A stretch of DNA of 64,000 nucleotides from Solirubrobacteraceae bacterium (GCA_035484215.1 DATHPE010000008.1:27326-91325), one strand, 5' to 3'. Numbered from the stretch's first letter, positions 49,363-59,068 are shown. Program-made: numbers and translations. Notes: generated from the letters alone by a model not told the origin.

Positions 49363-50910
49363 ATGTCCAGCAACGCCACTGGGGGGCAATCGCGCAACCT
49401 GGTCCTGGCGGCCATGATCTTCGCGGTCGCGATGACGTTCATCGACCAGACGATCGTGTCGATCGCGGCGCCCGAGATCCGCAAGGAGCTGGGCCTGACG
49501 AGCACGGGCGTGCAGTGGGCGATCAACGCCTACCTGCTGTCGCTGGCGGCGCTGTTCGCGTTCGGCGGCCGCGTGGCAGACACCGTCGGGCATCGCAAGA
49601 TGGTGACGCTCGGTGTGATCGTGTTCGCCGGCGCCTCGGCGCTGTGCGGGCTGACCCCGAAGGGAAGCATCGCGGAGGCCTGGATCGTCGTCTTCCGCGT
49701 CGTCCAGGGCGCGGGCGGGGCGATCATGTTCCCGGCGGCGCTGGCGATCGTGGTGCAGACGTTCCCCCTGCGCGAACGCGGCAAGGCGCTGGCGATCTTC
49801 TTCGGCATCGCCGGCGGCCTCACCGCGATCGGCCCGATCCTTGGCGGCTATCTCACGCAGTGGACCTGGCGCGCGATCTTCTGGGTGAACATTCCCGTGG
49901 CGATCATCGCGCTGTTGCTGATCGCCGTCTCCAAGCCGGTCACGGTGCACCGTCCGGCCCGCATGGACTACCGGGGCCTGGTGCTGATCGCCGCGGGCGT
50001 CGCCCTCAGCGTGTTCGGATTCCAGCAGTCGGCGATCTGGGGATGGAGCGATCCCGCGACGGGTGCGTGCATCGCCGCGGGCGTGGCGCTGCTGGTCGCG
50101 TTCTACTTCGTCGAGGTCGGCGTCTCCTCGCCGCTGATCGAGGTGAGCATCTTCCGCATCCGCCCGTTCCTCGTCGAGAACGTCGTGCTCGGCATCGCCA
50201 TGCTCGTGTTCATCCCGGTGTTCTTCTTCGGCAGCGAGTACGCGCAGATCGCGCTCGGCAAGACGCCCGCGGAAGCCGGCCTGGTGCTGCTGTACTTCTT
50301 CATCGGGTTCGTCGTCGCGGCGCAGGTCGGTGGGAGGATGCTCGACCGTATCGGCGCCAAGCGCCCGGTCGTGCTCGGCTGCACGCTCGCAGCGATCGGG
50401 TTCTGGCTGTGGGGCGGGAAGGTCACGGGACTGGACTTCCGCGCCCAGGAGTGGGACATCATCATCGCCGGGGCCGGCATGGGGTTGATGCTCGGCCCCG
50501 CCAGCACCGACGCCGTCAATCGCGCCTCGCGGCTCTCATACGGCGAGGCGACGGGCATCACCCAGACGGTCCGCAACTACGCCGCCAGCCTCGGCCTGGC
50601 GATTCTCGGCACGATCCTCGTCTCTCAGACGCGCGATCGTGTCACCAGCTCGCTGCTCGCGCGCGGCCTCTCACCTGCGCGGGCGCACGCCGTGGCGTCG
50701 AGCCTCGCCCAGTCGCAGGGTGGGAACGGCAGCGTGTCGTCGATTCCCCATTTCGTGCGCCTGGACTTCGCCTACGCCACGCGCTCGGTGTTCTACGTCA
50801 TGGCGGCGATCATGGCTGCCGCCGCGATCGCGGCGTTCGCCGGCCTGCGCGCGGGGGCGCAGGAGGAAGTGGCAGCCGGGACGGAGCCCGAAGACGGGGT
50901 CTTGGCCTGA
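49363..50910 (+). CDS. MFS efflux transporter (DHA2 type)
   Basis: FIDQTIV, GRVADTVGHRK, GPILGGYL, GRMLDRIGAK; many TM segments. Confidence 0.92.
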   Translation: MSSNATGGQSRNLVLAAMIFAVAMTFIDQTIVSIAAPEIRKELGLTSTGVQWAINAYLLSLAALFAFGGRVADTVGHRKMVTLGVIVFAGASALCGLTPKGSIAEAWIVVFRVVQGAGGAIMFPAALAIVVQTFPLRERGKALAIFFGIAGGLTAIGPILGGYLTQWTWRAIFWVNIPVAIIALLLIAVSKPVTVHRPARMDYRGLVLIAAGVALSVFGFQQSAIWGWSDPATGACIAAGVALLVAFYFVEVGVSSPLIEVSIFRIRPFLVENVVLGIAMLVFIPVFFFGSEYAQIALGKTPAEAGLVLLYFFIGFVVAAQVGGRMLDRIGAKRPVVLGCTLAAIGFWLWGGKVTGLDFRAQEWDIIIAGAGMGLMLGPASTDAVNRASRLSYGEATGITQTVRNYAASLGLAILGTILVSQTRDRVTSSLLARGLSPARAHAVASSLAQSQGGNGSVSSIPHFVRLDFAYATRSVFYVMAAIMAAAAIAAFAGLRAGAQEEVAAGTEPEDGVLA

Positions 50911-50934
50911 GGGCAGGCGCTCGCGGGGGTGACA

Positions 50935-51167
50935 CCCCTTCGGCGTGGTGTATAACCATAGCAATACACCCTGCTGGCGAGTGACCGCGGGGGCATGTCC
51001 CTTCAAGCGTGGTGTATGACCATGGCGATACACCACGCTGGCGAGTGACCGCGCCCCTTCAAGCATGGTGTATACCCATGGCGATACACCACGCTGGCGA
51101 GTGACCGAGGGGGGTGCACGGAGGTGCGCCCCCTTCAAGCGTGGTGTATAGCCATAGCAGTACACCA
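50935..51167. repeat. Array of four ~52-bp hairpin repeats (REP/BIME-like)
   Basis: CCCTTC(AA)GCGTGGTGTAT-nnCCATrGCr-ATACACCACGCTGGCGAGTGACCG at 50936, 50999, 51055 and 51131 (last copy partial); spacers of unequal length. Confidence 0.85.
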
Positions 51168-51187
51168 TCCACCACAACTTGTCGGCC

Positions 51188-52651
51188 CTACGCCGCCGCC
51201 GCCCTGTAGACCGACTGCAGCTGCAGGTAGGCAGCCAGGCCCTCGGGCCCGAGCTCGCGCCCGATGCCGCTGGCCTTGACGCCGCCGAACGGGGCGGCGG
51301 GATCGAGCATGTAGTGGTTGATGCCGATGCTGCCGGTCTGCACGCGCATGGCGAGATCCTGGCCGCGCTCGGGGTCGCTCGTCCAGATGCTGCCGCCGAG
51401 CCCGAATTCGGAGTCGTTGGCGATGGCGATGGCATCGTCGACGCCGTCGTAGGGGATCACGGCGAGGACCGGCCCGAAGATCTCCTCGCGGGCGATCGTC
51501 TGGCTGTTCTCGACGTCGGCGAAGATCGTGGGCGTCACGAACCAGCCGCGCTCGTGGTCATCCGGGCGCCCGCCACCGACGACGACCCGCCCGCCCTCGG
51601 CGCGCCCCTTCGCGATGTAGCCCTCGACGCGATCGCGCTGCCGGGCGCTGACCATCGGGCCGATCTGCGTGGCGGGGTCGAGCGAGTCGCCGACCTGCAG
51701 CGCGCCGGCGAGCGCGCCGAACAGCCCGACGATCTCGTCGTAGCGCGAGCGCGGCGCGAGCACGCGCGTGCCGAGGTAGCACGTCTGGCCGTTGTTGGCG
51801 AGCGTCGCGCCGAAGAGCGCTTCGGCGGACTCGGACAGGTCGGCGTCGTCGAGGACGATGGCGGCGGACTTGCCGCCGAGCTCGAGCGTGACCGGGCGCA
51901 GCAGCTCGCCGCAGCGCCGGGCGATCGAGCGCCCGGCGGCGGTGGAGCCGGTGAACGCGATCTTGTCGACGCGCGGGTGCTCCACCAGATACGCGCCGAG
52001 CTCTCGCCCTCCGGGCACGATGTTGACGACGCCGGCGGGCAGCCCGGCCTCGATGATCGCGTCGGCGAGCAGCAGGCTGTCGAGCACGGTCTCCGGGCTC
52101 GGCTTGATCACGACGGTGCAGCCGGCGGCGAGCAGCGGTGCGAGCTTGAACATGGTCAGGCACTGCGGGTAGTTCCACGGCACGATCGCGCCGACGACGC
52201 CGACGGGCTTGGAGAGGACGTGGATGGTGCCGCCGAGCAGCCCCTGGCGATCTTCCTCGAGCGGGGTCTGTCGGATCATCCCCGCGTAGTAGCGCGCGAG
52301 CACCGCTGGGAAGATGGCCTCGGTGGCGAGCGCGATCGAGATCGGCATGCCGTTCTGCAGCGACACGCGGTGCGCGCTCTCCTCGCTGCGGCTTTCCAGC
52401 GCGGTGGCGAGGCGCTCGAGCGCCTGCGCGCGGTCCTCGGCTGGCCAGGATGACCATCCGCTCGGGTCGTCGAACGCGGCGCGGGCGGCGCTGACGGCGG
52501 CGTCGATGTCGGCGTTGGTGCCCTCCGGCACGGAGCCGGCGGGCTCCTCGGTGCTGGCGGCGATCACGGCGATGCGCTCGGAGCCGCGCGGTTCGATCCA
52601 CTCGCCACCGATGAACAGCTCGTCGCTGTCGATGGTCGTTTGCGTGCTCAT
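51188..52651 (-). CDS. Aldehyde dehydrogenase
   Basis: LFIGGEW, PWNYP, KPSPET, FTGST, LELGGK, NNGQTC, EEIFGP. Confidence 0.94.
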   Translation of the reverse strand: MSTQTTIDSDELFIGGEWIEPRGSERIAVIAASTEEPAGSVPEGTNADIDAAVSAARAAFDDPSGWSSWPAEDRAQALERLATALESRSEESAHRVSLQNGMPISIALATEAIFPAVLARYYAGMIRQTPLEEDRQGLLGGTIHVLSKPVGVVGAIVPWNYPQCLTMFKLAPLLAAGCTVVIKPSPETVLDSLLLADAIIEAGLPAGVVNIVPGGRELGAYLVEHPRVDKIAFTGSTAAGRSIARRCGELLRPVTLELGGKSAAIVLDDADLSESAEALFGATLANNGQTCYLGTRVLAPRSRYDEIVGLFGALAGALQVGDSLDPATQIGPMVSARQRDRVEGYIAKGRAEGGRVVVGGGRPDDHERGWFVTPTIFADVENSQTIAREEIFGPVLAVIPYDGVDDAIAIANDSEFGLGGSIWTSDPERGQDLAMRVQTGSIGINHYMLDPAAPFGGVKASGIGRELGPEGLAAYLQLQSVYRAAAA

Positions 52652-52768
52652 GACAGTTACCCCCATATCCTCGGAAAAGGCCTCTCCCTCGCCATCGGAC
52701 GAGGACCTCCAGCGTAGACCCCTTCGCGCGGCGATGGTAGGATCGGCGCGCGTCGGGTGCTTCCGGCG

Positions 52769-52863
52769 TGGCGTTGAGCGCAGCGAAGTCCGGTCAGACT
52801 CCGGCGCTGTCCCGCAACGGTAAAGCCCCCTTGGGGACGAGCCCGGTCGCCTACCTCAGCGTC
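52769..52863 (+). ncRNA. Cobalamin riboswitch (compact form)
   Basis: GAAGT-CCGGT..TCCGG-CGCTG-TCCCGCAACGGTAA..GAGCCCG..CGCCT core; closing helix GGCGTTGAG/CTCAGCGTC; upstream of NiCoT and cob genes. Confidence 0.85.
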
Positions 52864-52951
52864 GCGAATCCAGTCCCTCGGATGAAGGGCGGTTCGTGCG
52901 CCACCGGTGGGAGCAGATGCGTCTCCAATCGGCCAGCATGGGCTCCTTCGT

Positions 52952-52971
52952 CCTCCAGGCCCAGGCGGAGG
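52952..52971 (+). promoter_or_regulatory. RBS-sequestering hairpin (riboswitch expression platform)
   Basis: CCTCC-aggcccaggc-GGAGG pairs the Shine-Dalgarno 6 nt before the NiCoT ATG. Confidence 0.55.
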
Positions 52972-52977
52972 ATGACG

Positions 52978-54099
52978 ATGACGGGAAAAGCAGCGCGCAT
53001 CGGATCGGCCTGGCGATCGTTGACGGGCAAGGAGCGCGCGCGCGTGGCCGTGATGCTGTCGATCATCGTCGCGGTCAACGCGCTGGGCTGGGGGATCTTC
53101 GCGCTGGCGATACTGCCGCGCCACTTCCGCTACGACGGCTTGGGTGTGGGGATCGGGGTGGCGGTCACAGCGTGGACGCTGGGGCTGCGCCACGCGTTCG
53201 ACGCCGACCACATCGCGGCGATCGACAACTCGACGCGCAAGCTGATGGCCGATGGCGGGCGCCCGCTGGGCACGGGGTTCTTCTTCGCGCTCGGGCACTC
53301 GAGCGTGATCATGGTGGTGGGCGTGGGGATCACGATCGCGGCGAAGGCGGTGTTCAAGGCGGTGGTGACGCCGAGCTCGGGCTTCGAGACCGCGGGCGGG
53401 GTCGCGGGAACGCTGCTGTCGGCGACGTTCCTGTGGCTGATCGCGGCGCTGAACCTGGTGGTGCTGGTGGGGATCGTGCGCGTCTTTCGCGACATGCGCC
53501 GCGGCGTGTACGACGAACAGGAGCTCGAGGCGCAGCTGCTCGCGCGCGGTCTCATGTACCGCTTCTTCGGGCGCATGATGAGCTCGATCGAGCACACGTG
53601 GCAGCTGTTCTTCGTGGGCTTCGTGTTCGGCATCGGCTTCGACACCGCGACGGAGGTGCTGCTGCTGGCGGGCACGGCGGCGGCGGTCACGGAGGGGCTT
53701 CCGTGGTACGCGGTGCTGACGCTGCCGCTGCTGTTCTCGGGCGGCATGATGCTGTGCGACAGCATCGACGGCCTGTTCATGAACTTCGCGTACGGCTGGG
53801 CGTTCGCGCGCCCGGTGCGCAAGGTCTATTACAACATCACGATCACGGCGCTGTCGATCGGCGTGGCCTTCCTGGTGGGCGGGATCGAGATCACGGGCCT
53901 GCTGTCGAACGAGCTGCACCTGCACGGCTGGCTGGGCGACTACATGGCGACGTTCGACCTGAACACGGCCGGCTATATGGTTGTCGGGTTGTTCGTGTTC
54001 ATCTGGGCGCTCGCGCTGACGATCTGGCGCTTCGGCAAGGTCGAGGCGCGCTGGGAAGCGGCGGCGGCGCGCAGCGTCGAGCAGCGGGGAGGGCAGTGA
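52978..54099 (+). CDS. NiCoT (HoxN/HupN/NixA) nickel/cobalt permease, probably cobalt uptake
   Basis: RHAFDADHI, GFFFALGHS, FGIGFDTATE signatures. Confidence 0.93.
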   Translation: MTGKAARIGSAWRSLTGKERARVAVMLSIIVAVNALGWGIFALAILPRHFRYDGLGVGIGVAVTAWTLGLRHAFDADHIAAIDNSTRKLMADGGRPLGTGFFFALGHSSVIMVVGVGITIAAKAVFKAVVTPSSGFETAGGVAGTLLSATFLWLIAALNLVVLVGIVRVFRDMRRGVYDEQELEAQLLARGLMYRFFGRMMSSIEHTWQLFFVGFVFGIGFDTATEVLLLAGTAAAVTEGLPWYAVLTLPLLFSGGMMLCDSIDGLFMNFAYGWAFARPVRKVYYNITITALSIGVAFLVGGIEITGLLSNELHLHGWLGDYMATFDLNTAGYMVVGLFVFIWALALTIWRFGKVEARWEAAAARSVEQRGGQ

Positions 54100-55313
54100 T
54101 GCGGGACGCATGCCCGGGCATCCTGCGCCTGCACGCCGCAGCCGACGGTCACCTGGCGCGCGTGCGCCTGCCGGGTGGGCGGCTGGACGCGCGCGCGCTG
54201 GACGCGCTCGCGGACGCGGCGGCGTGCGGCAACGACATCGTGGAGCTGACCTCGCGCGCGGGGCTGCAGGTGCGGGGGCTGCCCGAGGACGGCGCGGCGG
54301 CGCTGGCGAGCATCCTGTCGGCGGGCGGCTTGCTGCCGTCGCTCACCCACGAGAGGGTGCGCAACATCCTCGCCGCCCCGCTGGCTGGGCGCAGCCCGGC
54401 GGCGCTGGCGCGGGTGGACGGGATCGTGGACGCGCTCGACCGCGAGCTGTGCGCGGACGCGGCGCTGGCGGAGCTCCCAGGTCGCTTCCTGTTCGCCGTC
54501 GACGACGGCACGCGGGCGCTTGAGTCGCTGCGCGCGGACGTCGAGCTGGCGGCGGAGGGCGACGGTCTGCGCCTGTTCCTGGATGGCCTCGCCACGAGCC
54601 TCGTCGCCGTGCCCGCGCGGGCACCGGACGCCGCGTTGCGGGCCGCGCATGCGTTCCTGGCACTGCAGGGCGGGGACGCGGGCCGCGCCTGGCGCGTGCG
54701 TGAGCTGGAGGGCGGCGCTCGCCGGCTGGCGCGGGAGCTCGGTCTCGAAGTCCTCGATGGCGCCGACATCTTGGGCGGCTCCGAGCGGCCGAGTGGGACG
54801 GGAGCGGGCGACGCACGGCGTCTTGGCGTCAGCCTCCAGCGCGACGGCCTGTGCGCGGTCGCGGTGCTGCCGCCGCTGGCACGACTCGGCCACGCGCAGC
54901 TGCTGCGCCTGGCGGAGCTCGCGCGTGGGCTCGGTGCAGGCGTGCGTGTCTCACCATGGCGCACACTGACGTTCGTGGATGTGCTCCCTTCCGCGGCGGC
55001 GACGCTGCTGGACGACCTGCGGGAGATCGGACTGATCGTCTCCAACGAGTCGGGTTGGACGGGACTGTCGGCGTGCGCGGGGTTGGGCGCGTGCGCGCGG
55101 GCGCGCATGGATGTTCGCGCGGCGGCCGCGCGGCGCGCGCTGGTGCGCGACGAGGCATCGCCCACGGAGCACTGGTCGGGCTGCGAGCGGCGCTGCGGCG
55201 AGCCGCCGGACACGGGTATTCGCGTGATGGCGTGCGAGCACGGCCCGGAGGTGCACGGCGGCGAGGAGCGCGTCGTGGCGCAGGCGGTCGCGGCGGCGGC
55301 GGTGCCGGCGTGA
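54099..55313 (+). CDS. cobG: Precorrin-3B synthase
   Basis: CPGILRLHAAADGHLARVRLPGG, VRNILA.P, GRFLFAVDDG, SACAG.GAC, HWSGCERRCG. Confidence 0.88.
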   Translation: MRDACPGILRLHAAADGHLARVRLPGGRLDARALDALADAAACGNDIVELTSRAGLQVRGLPEDGAAALASILSAGGLLPSLTHERVRNILAAPLAGRSPAALARVDGIVDALDRELCADAALAELPGRFLFAVDDGTRALESLRADVELAAEGDGLRLFLDGLATSLVAVPARAPDAALRAAHAFLALQGGDAGRAWRVRELEGGARRLARELGLEVLDGADILGGSERPSGTGAGDARRLGVSLQRDGLCAVAVLPPLARLGHAQLLRLAELARGLGAGVRVSPWRTLTFVDVLPSAAATLLDDLREIGLIVSNESGWTGLSACAGLGACARARMDVRAAAARRALVRDEASPTEHWSGCERRCGEPPDTGIRVMACEHGPEVHGGEERVVAQAVAAAAVPA

Positions 55314-55945
55314 TCAAGTACGAGCGCGACGGCGCGGAGATCTACCGCCGCTCGTTCGCGACGATCCGCGCGGAGGCGGACCTCGACGGGCTCGACGCGA
55401 TTCTCGAACGGGTGGTGGTGCGCATGATCCACGCTTGCGGGATGGTCGATCTCGTCTCCGACGTGGCCGCGTCACCCGGCTTCGGCCCGGCGGCGCAGGC
55501 GGCGCTGCGGAGCGGCGCGCCGATCCTGTGCGACACGGCGATGGTCGCGGCGGGCGTCACGCGCACGCGGCTGCCGGCGGGCAACGAGGTGCTGTGCACG
55601 CTGTCGGATCCGCAGGTGGCGGAGCTGGCCGCGCACATGAGGACGACGCGCACGGCGGCGGCGCTGGAGCTTTGGCGCGAGCGGCTGCAGGGCGCGTTGG
55701 TGGTCGTGGGCAACGCGCCGACGGCTCTTTTCCGTCTGCTGGAGATGATGGAGGAGGACGACGATGAGGAGGGCCGGCCGGCTGCGGTCATCGGCGTTCC
55801 GGTCGGCTTCATCGGCGCGGCGGAGTCAAAGGCCGCCCTGGCCGAGCACCCGGCGGCGCTCGAGCACCTGGTCGTCCACGGCCGGCGCGGCGGCAGCGCG
55901 ATGGCGGTCGCGGCAGTGAACGCCCTCGCGAGCGAGACGGAGTGA
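55310..55945 (+). CDS. cobH: Precorrin-8X methylmutase
   Basis: YERDGAEIYRRSF, VRMIHACG, TAAALELW, IGNAPTALF-type motif, GRRGGSAMA. Confidence 0.93.
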   Translation: MIKYERDGAEIYRRSFATIRAEADLDGLDAILERVVVRMIHACGMVDLVSDVAASPGFGPAAQAALRSGAPILCDTAMVAAGVTRTRLPAGNEVLCTLSDPQVAELAAHMRTTRTAAALELWRERLQGALVVVGNAPTALFRLLEMMEEDDDEEGRPAAVIGVPVGFIGAAESKAALAEHPAALEHLVVHGRRGGSAMAVAAVNALASETE

Positions 55946-57513
55946 GAGTGATGAGTGAGGCGGGGCAGACAGCCGGCACGGCTGGGGCGGGCAGGCTGTT
56001 CGGCGTGGGGGTGGGGCCGGGCGATCCGGAGCTGATGACGGTGAAGGCCTGCCAGGTGATCGCGGCGGTGGACGTGATCGCGTACCCGAACGCGCGCCAC
56101 GGGCGCAGCGTGGCCAGGCGGATCGCGGCGTCGCACCTGCGCGCGGATCACGTAGAGCTGCCGCTGGAGTTCCCGGTGACGACGGAGATGACAGACCACC
56201 CGGGCGGCTACGAGGCGGCGCTGGGCGAGTTCTACGACGAGGCGGCGGCGGCGCTCGCGGCCCACCTCGACGCCGGGCGCGACGTGGCGGTGCTGTGCGA
56301 GGGCGACCCCCTGTTCTACGGCTCGTATATGTACCTGCACGAGCGCCTGGCGGACCGCTACGCGACGACGGTGGTTCCGGGGGTGACGGGCTTCAGCGCG
56401 GCGGCTGCGGCTGCGGGCACGCCGCTGGTCAAGCGCGACGACGTGTTCATGGCGCTGCCGGGGACGCTGGCGGCGCAGGAGCTGACGGCGCGGCTGCGCG
56501 GCGCGGACGCGGCGGTGGTGATGAAGCTGGGGCGCACGTTCGCGAAGGTGCGGGGCGCGATCGAGGCGGCGGGCGCGGGCGGGCGCGGCGTCTACGTCGA
56601 GCGCGCAAGCTCGGAGGAGGAGCGGATCGCGCCGCTGCGCGAGGTGGACGGCGAGGTGCCGTACATGTCGCTGGTGCTGGTGCCGACGCGCGAGCGTGTG
56701 GAGGAGGAGCGCTTCGAGGCGGCCCGCTCGGAGGCCGATGGGGCTCTCGATCGGGGCGCCGCGCGCGGCTCGGTGGCGGTGGTGGGCCTGGGGCCGGCGG
56801 GCCCGGACTGGCTGACGCCGGAGGCGTACGGCGAGCTCGCGGGCGCGGACGACCTGGTCGGCTACGAGACGTACCTGGCGCGCGTGCCCGAGCGCCGCGG
56901 GCAGCGCAGGCACGCGAGCGAGAACCGCGTGGAGGCACAGCGGGCGCGCCACGCGCTGGAGCTGGCGGCGGCGGGCTCGCGCGTGGCGGTGGTGTCCTCG
57001 GGCGACCCGGGGATCTTCGCGATGGCGGCGGCGGTGCTCGAGGCCTTGGAGCAGGACCAGTCGCTGGCGGACGTGGAGGTGCGCGTGGTGCCGGGAGTGT
57101 CGGCGATGCAGGCGGCGGCGGCGCGCGTGGGCGCGCCGTTGGGCCACGACTTCTGCGTGCTGTCGTTGTCGGACCAGCTGAAGCCGTGGGACGTGCTCGA
57201 GCGCCGCCTGGACGCGGCGGGCGCGGCGGACCTGGTGCTGGCGCTGTACAACCCCGCCTCGCGCACACGCCGCGAGCAGCTTGCGCGCGCGCTGGCGGTG
57301 CTGCGCCGCCATCGCGCGAACACGACTCCGGTGGTGGTGGCACGGGCGGTGGGCGCGCAGGACGAGTCGGTCACGGTGACGACGCTGGGCGCGCTGGACG
57401 TGGAGGTGGTCGACATGCGCACGCTGCTGATCGTGGGCTCGTCGACGACGCGCACGATGCAGCACGACGGGCGCCCGCCACGCGTGTACACGCCGAGGCG
57501 CTATCCCGCGTGA
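55942..57513 (+). CDS. cobIJ: Fused precorrin-2 C20-methyltransferase / precorrin-3B C17-methyltransferase
   Basis: GVGVGPGDPEL, EGDPLFYGSY, PYMSL; then VVGLGPAG, SSGDPGIFAM, LGHDFC..SLSD, YTPRRY. Confidence 0.92.
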   Translation: MRVMSEAGQTAGTAGAGRLFGVGVGPGDPELMTVKACQVIAAVDVIAYPNARHGRSVARRIAASHLRADHVELPLEFPVTTEMTDHPGGYEAALGEFYDEAAAALAAHLDAGRDVAVLCEGDPLFYGSYMYLHERLADRYATTVVPGVTGFSAAAAAAGTPLVKRDDVFMALPGTLAAQELTARLRGADAAVVMKLGRTFAKVRGAIEAAGAGGRGVYVERASSEEERIAPLREVDGEVPYMSLVLVPTRERVEEERFEAARSEADGALDRGAARGSVAVVGLGPAGPDWLTPEAYGELAGADDLVGYETYLARVPERRGQRRHASENRVEAQRARHALELAAAGSRVAVVSSGDPGIFAMAAAVLEALEQDQSLADVEVRVVPGVSAMQAAAARVGAPLGHDFCVLSLSDQLKPWDVLERRLDAAGAADLVLALYNPASRTRREQLARALAVLRRHRANTTPVVVARAVGAQDESVTVTTLGALDVEVVDMRTLLIVGSSTTRTMQHDGRPPRVYTPRRYPA

Positions 57514-58244
57514 GCCCGCTCGCGCTCCAGCGACCAGGCGAGCGCGTCGGCGACGGTCGCGACCGTGTCGACGTCCGGACGCGGCGGGCGCCGCACGACG
57601 ATCACGGGCAACCCGCGCAGGCTGGCGGCGTCGAGCTTGGCCTCGGTGAGCGCACCGCCGCTGTCCTTGGTGACGACGAGCTCGATGCGGTGCCGGTCGA
57701 TGAGCGCGAGTTCGCGGTCGAGTGTGTAGGGGCCGCGGTCGAGCAGCAGCAGGTGATGTGCGGGCAGCGGCAGGTCGGGCTGCTCGACGCAGCGCACGAG
57801 AAACCACGCGTCGCGCACGCCGGCGAAAGCGGCGAGGCCCTGGCGCCCGGTGGTCAGCAGCACGCGCTCGCCCAGCGACGGGATCGCGTCGGCGGCCGCG
57901 TGGAGGTCGTCGACCCAGTGCCAGTAATCGCCCGGTCGCTCACTCCAGCCCGGTCGCTGCAGGCGCAGCAGCGGCACGCCAGCGCGCTGGCACGCGGTGG
58001 CAGCCGACTCGGAGATGCGCTCGGCGAAGGGATGCGTGGCGTCGACGACCGCCGCGGCGCCACGCTCGGTGATCCACCGCGCGAGCCCATCGGGTCCGCC
58101 GAAGCCGCCGATGCGCACGCTGCCGGCGGGCAGGCGCGGGCGCGAGACGCGACCGGCGAGCGAGGAGGTGACGTGCACGCCGTCAGCGTCCAGTGCGTCG
58201 GCGAGCTCACGCGCCTCGGCGGTGCCGCCGAGCACGAGGATCAC
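57501..58244 (-). CDS. cobK: Precorrin-6A reductase
   Basis: ILVLGGTAEA, SSLAGRV, IGGFGG, DATHPFA, VTKDSGG, KLDAA; AAGGAG RBS. Confidence 0.93.
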   Translation of the reverse strand: MILVLGGTAEARELADALDADGVHVTSSLAGRVSRPRLPAGSVRIGGFGGPDGLARWITERGAAAVVDATHPFAERISESAATACQRAGVPLLRLQRPGWSERPGDYWHWVDDLHAAADAIPSLGERVLLTTGRQGLAAFAGVRDAWFLVRCVEQPDLPLPAHHLLLLDRGPYTLDRELALIDRHRIELVVTKDSGGALTEAKLDAASLRGLPVIVVRRPPRPDVDTVATVADALAWSLERERAHAG

Positions 58245-58309
58245 GCGGCGCTCCTTCGACGCGAGCGCAGCCGCGACGCGCGAGCGCAGCCGATCCGGGG
58301 GCGCGGGCG

Positions 58310-59068
58310 ATGAGGCGGCTGCTGGTGATCGGCATCGGCGCGGGCGATCCCGAGCACGTGACCGTGCAGGCGATCAGGGCGCTGAACGAGGTGGACGTGT
58401 TCTTCGTGATTGATAAGGGGCATCAGGAAGATGAGCTGGTGCGCCTGCGCAGGGAGATCTGCGAGCGCTACATCGACGGGCATACCTACAGGATCGTCGA
58501 GATCCCCGATCCGCCGCGCGACCGCACGACGCCCGCCTACTCGCGGGCGGTGGAGGACTGGCGCGACCGGCGGGCCGAGCGCTGGGAGCGCGCGATCGTG
58601 GACGAGCTCGAGGAGGACGAATGCGGAGCGTTCCTGGTGTGGGGCGACCCGTCGCTGTACGACAGCACGCTGGCGGTCCTCGATCGCATCCTCGCACGGG
58701 GGAGCCTGGAGTTCGAGCACGAGGTGCTGCCGGGGATCACGAGCGTGCAGGCGCTGACCGCGCGCCACCGCATCCCGCTCAACCGCGTCGGCCGGGCGGT
58801 GCAGATAACGACCGGCCGCCGCCTCGCGGCGGGCTTCCCGGAGGGCGTGGACGAAGTGGTGGTGATGCTCGACGCAGACTGCTCGTTCAGGCACCTGCAG
58901 GACGGGGAGATCGAGATCCACTGGGGCGCCTACCTTGGGATGGACGACGAGATCCTCGTGTCGGGCACGCTGCGCGAGGTGGGCGAGGAGATCGAGCGCG
59001 TGAGGCGCGAGGCGCGAGAGCGCAAGGGCTGGATCATGGACGCGTACCTGCTGCGGCGCAGTCTCTGA
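58310..59068 (+). CDS. cobF: Precorrin-6A synthase (deacetylating)
   Basis: LLVIGIGAGDPEH, FLVWGDPSLYDS, VLPGITS, WGAYLG, GWIMDAYLL. Confidence 0.92.
   Translation: MRRLLVIGIGAGDPEHVTVQAIRALNEVDVFFVIDKGHQEDELVRLRREICERYIDGHTYRIVEIPDPPRDRTTPAYSRAVEDWRDRRAERWERAIVDELEEDECGAFLVWGDPSLYDSTLAVLDRILARGSLEFEHEVLPGITSVQALTARHRIPLNRVGRAVQITTGRRLAAGFPEGVDEVVVMLDADCSFRHLQDGEIEIHWGAYLGMDDEILVSGTLREVGEEIERVRREARERKGWIMDAYLLRRSL

Noticed and set aside
50935-51167. CRISPR array
   Set aside because: Units are ~52 bp and degenerate, linkers are only about 3-23 bp and unequal, and there are no cas genes; it fits a REP-like mosaic better.
52768-52977. N-terminal extension of NiCoT
   Set aside because: It overlaps the riboswitch and has no membrane-protein character; the RBS points to ATG 52978.
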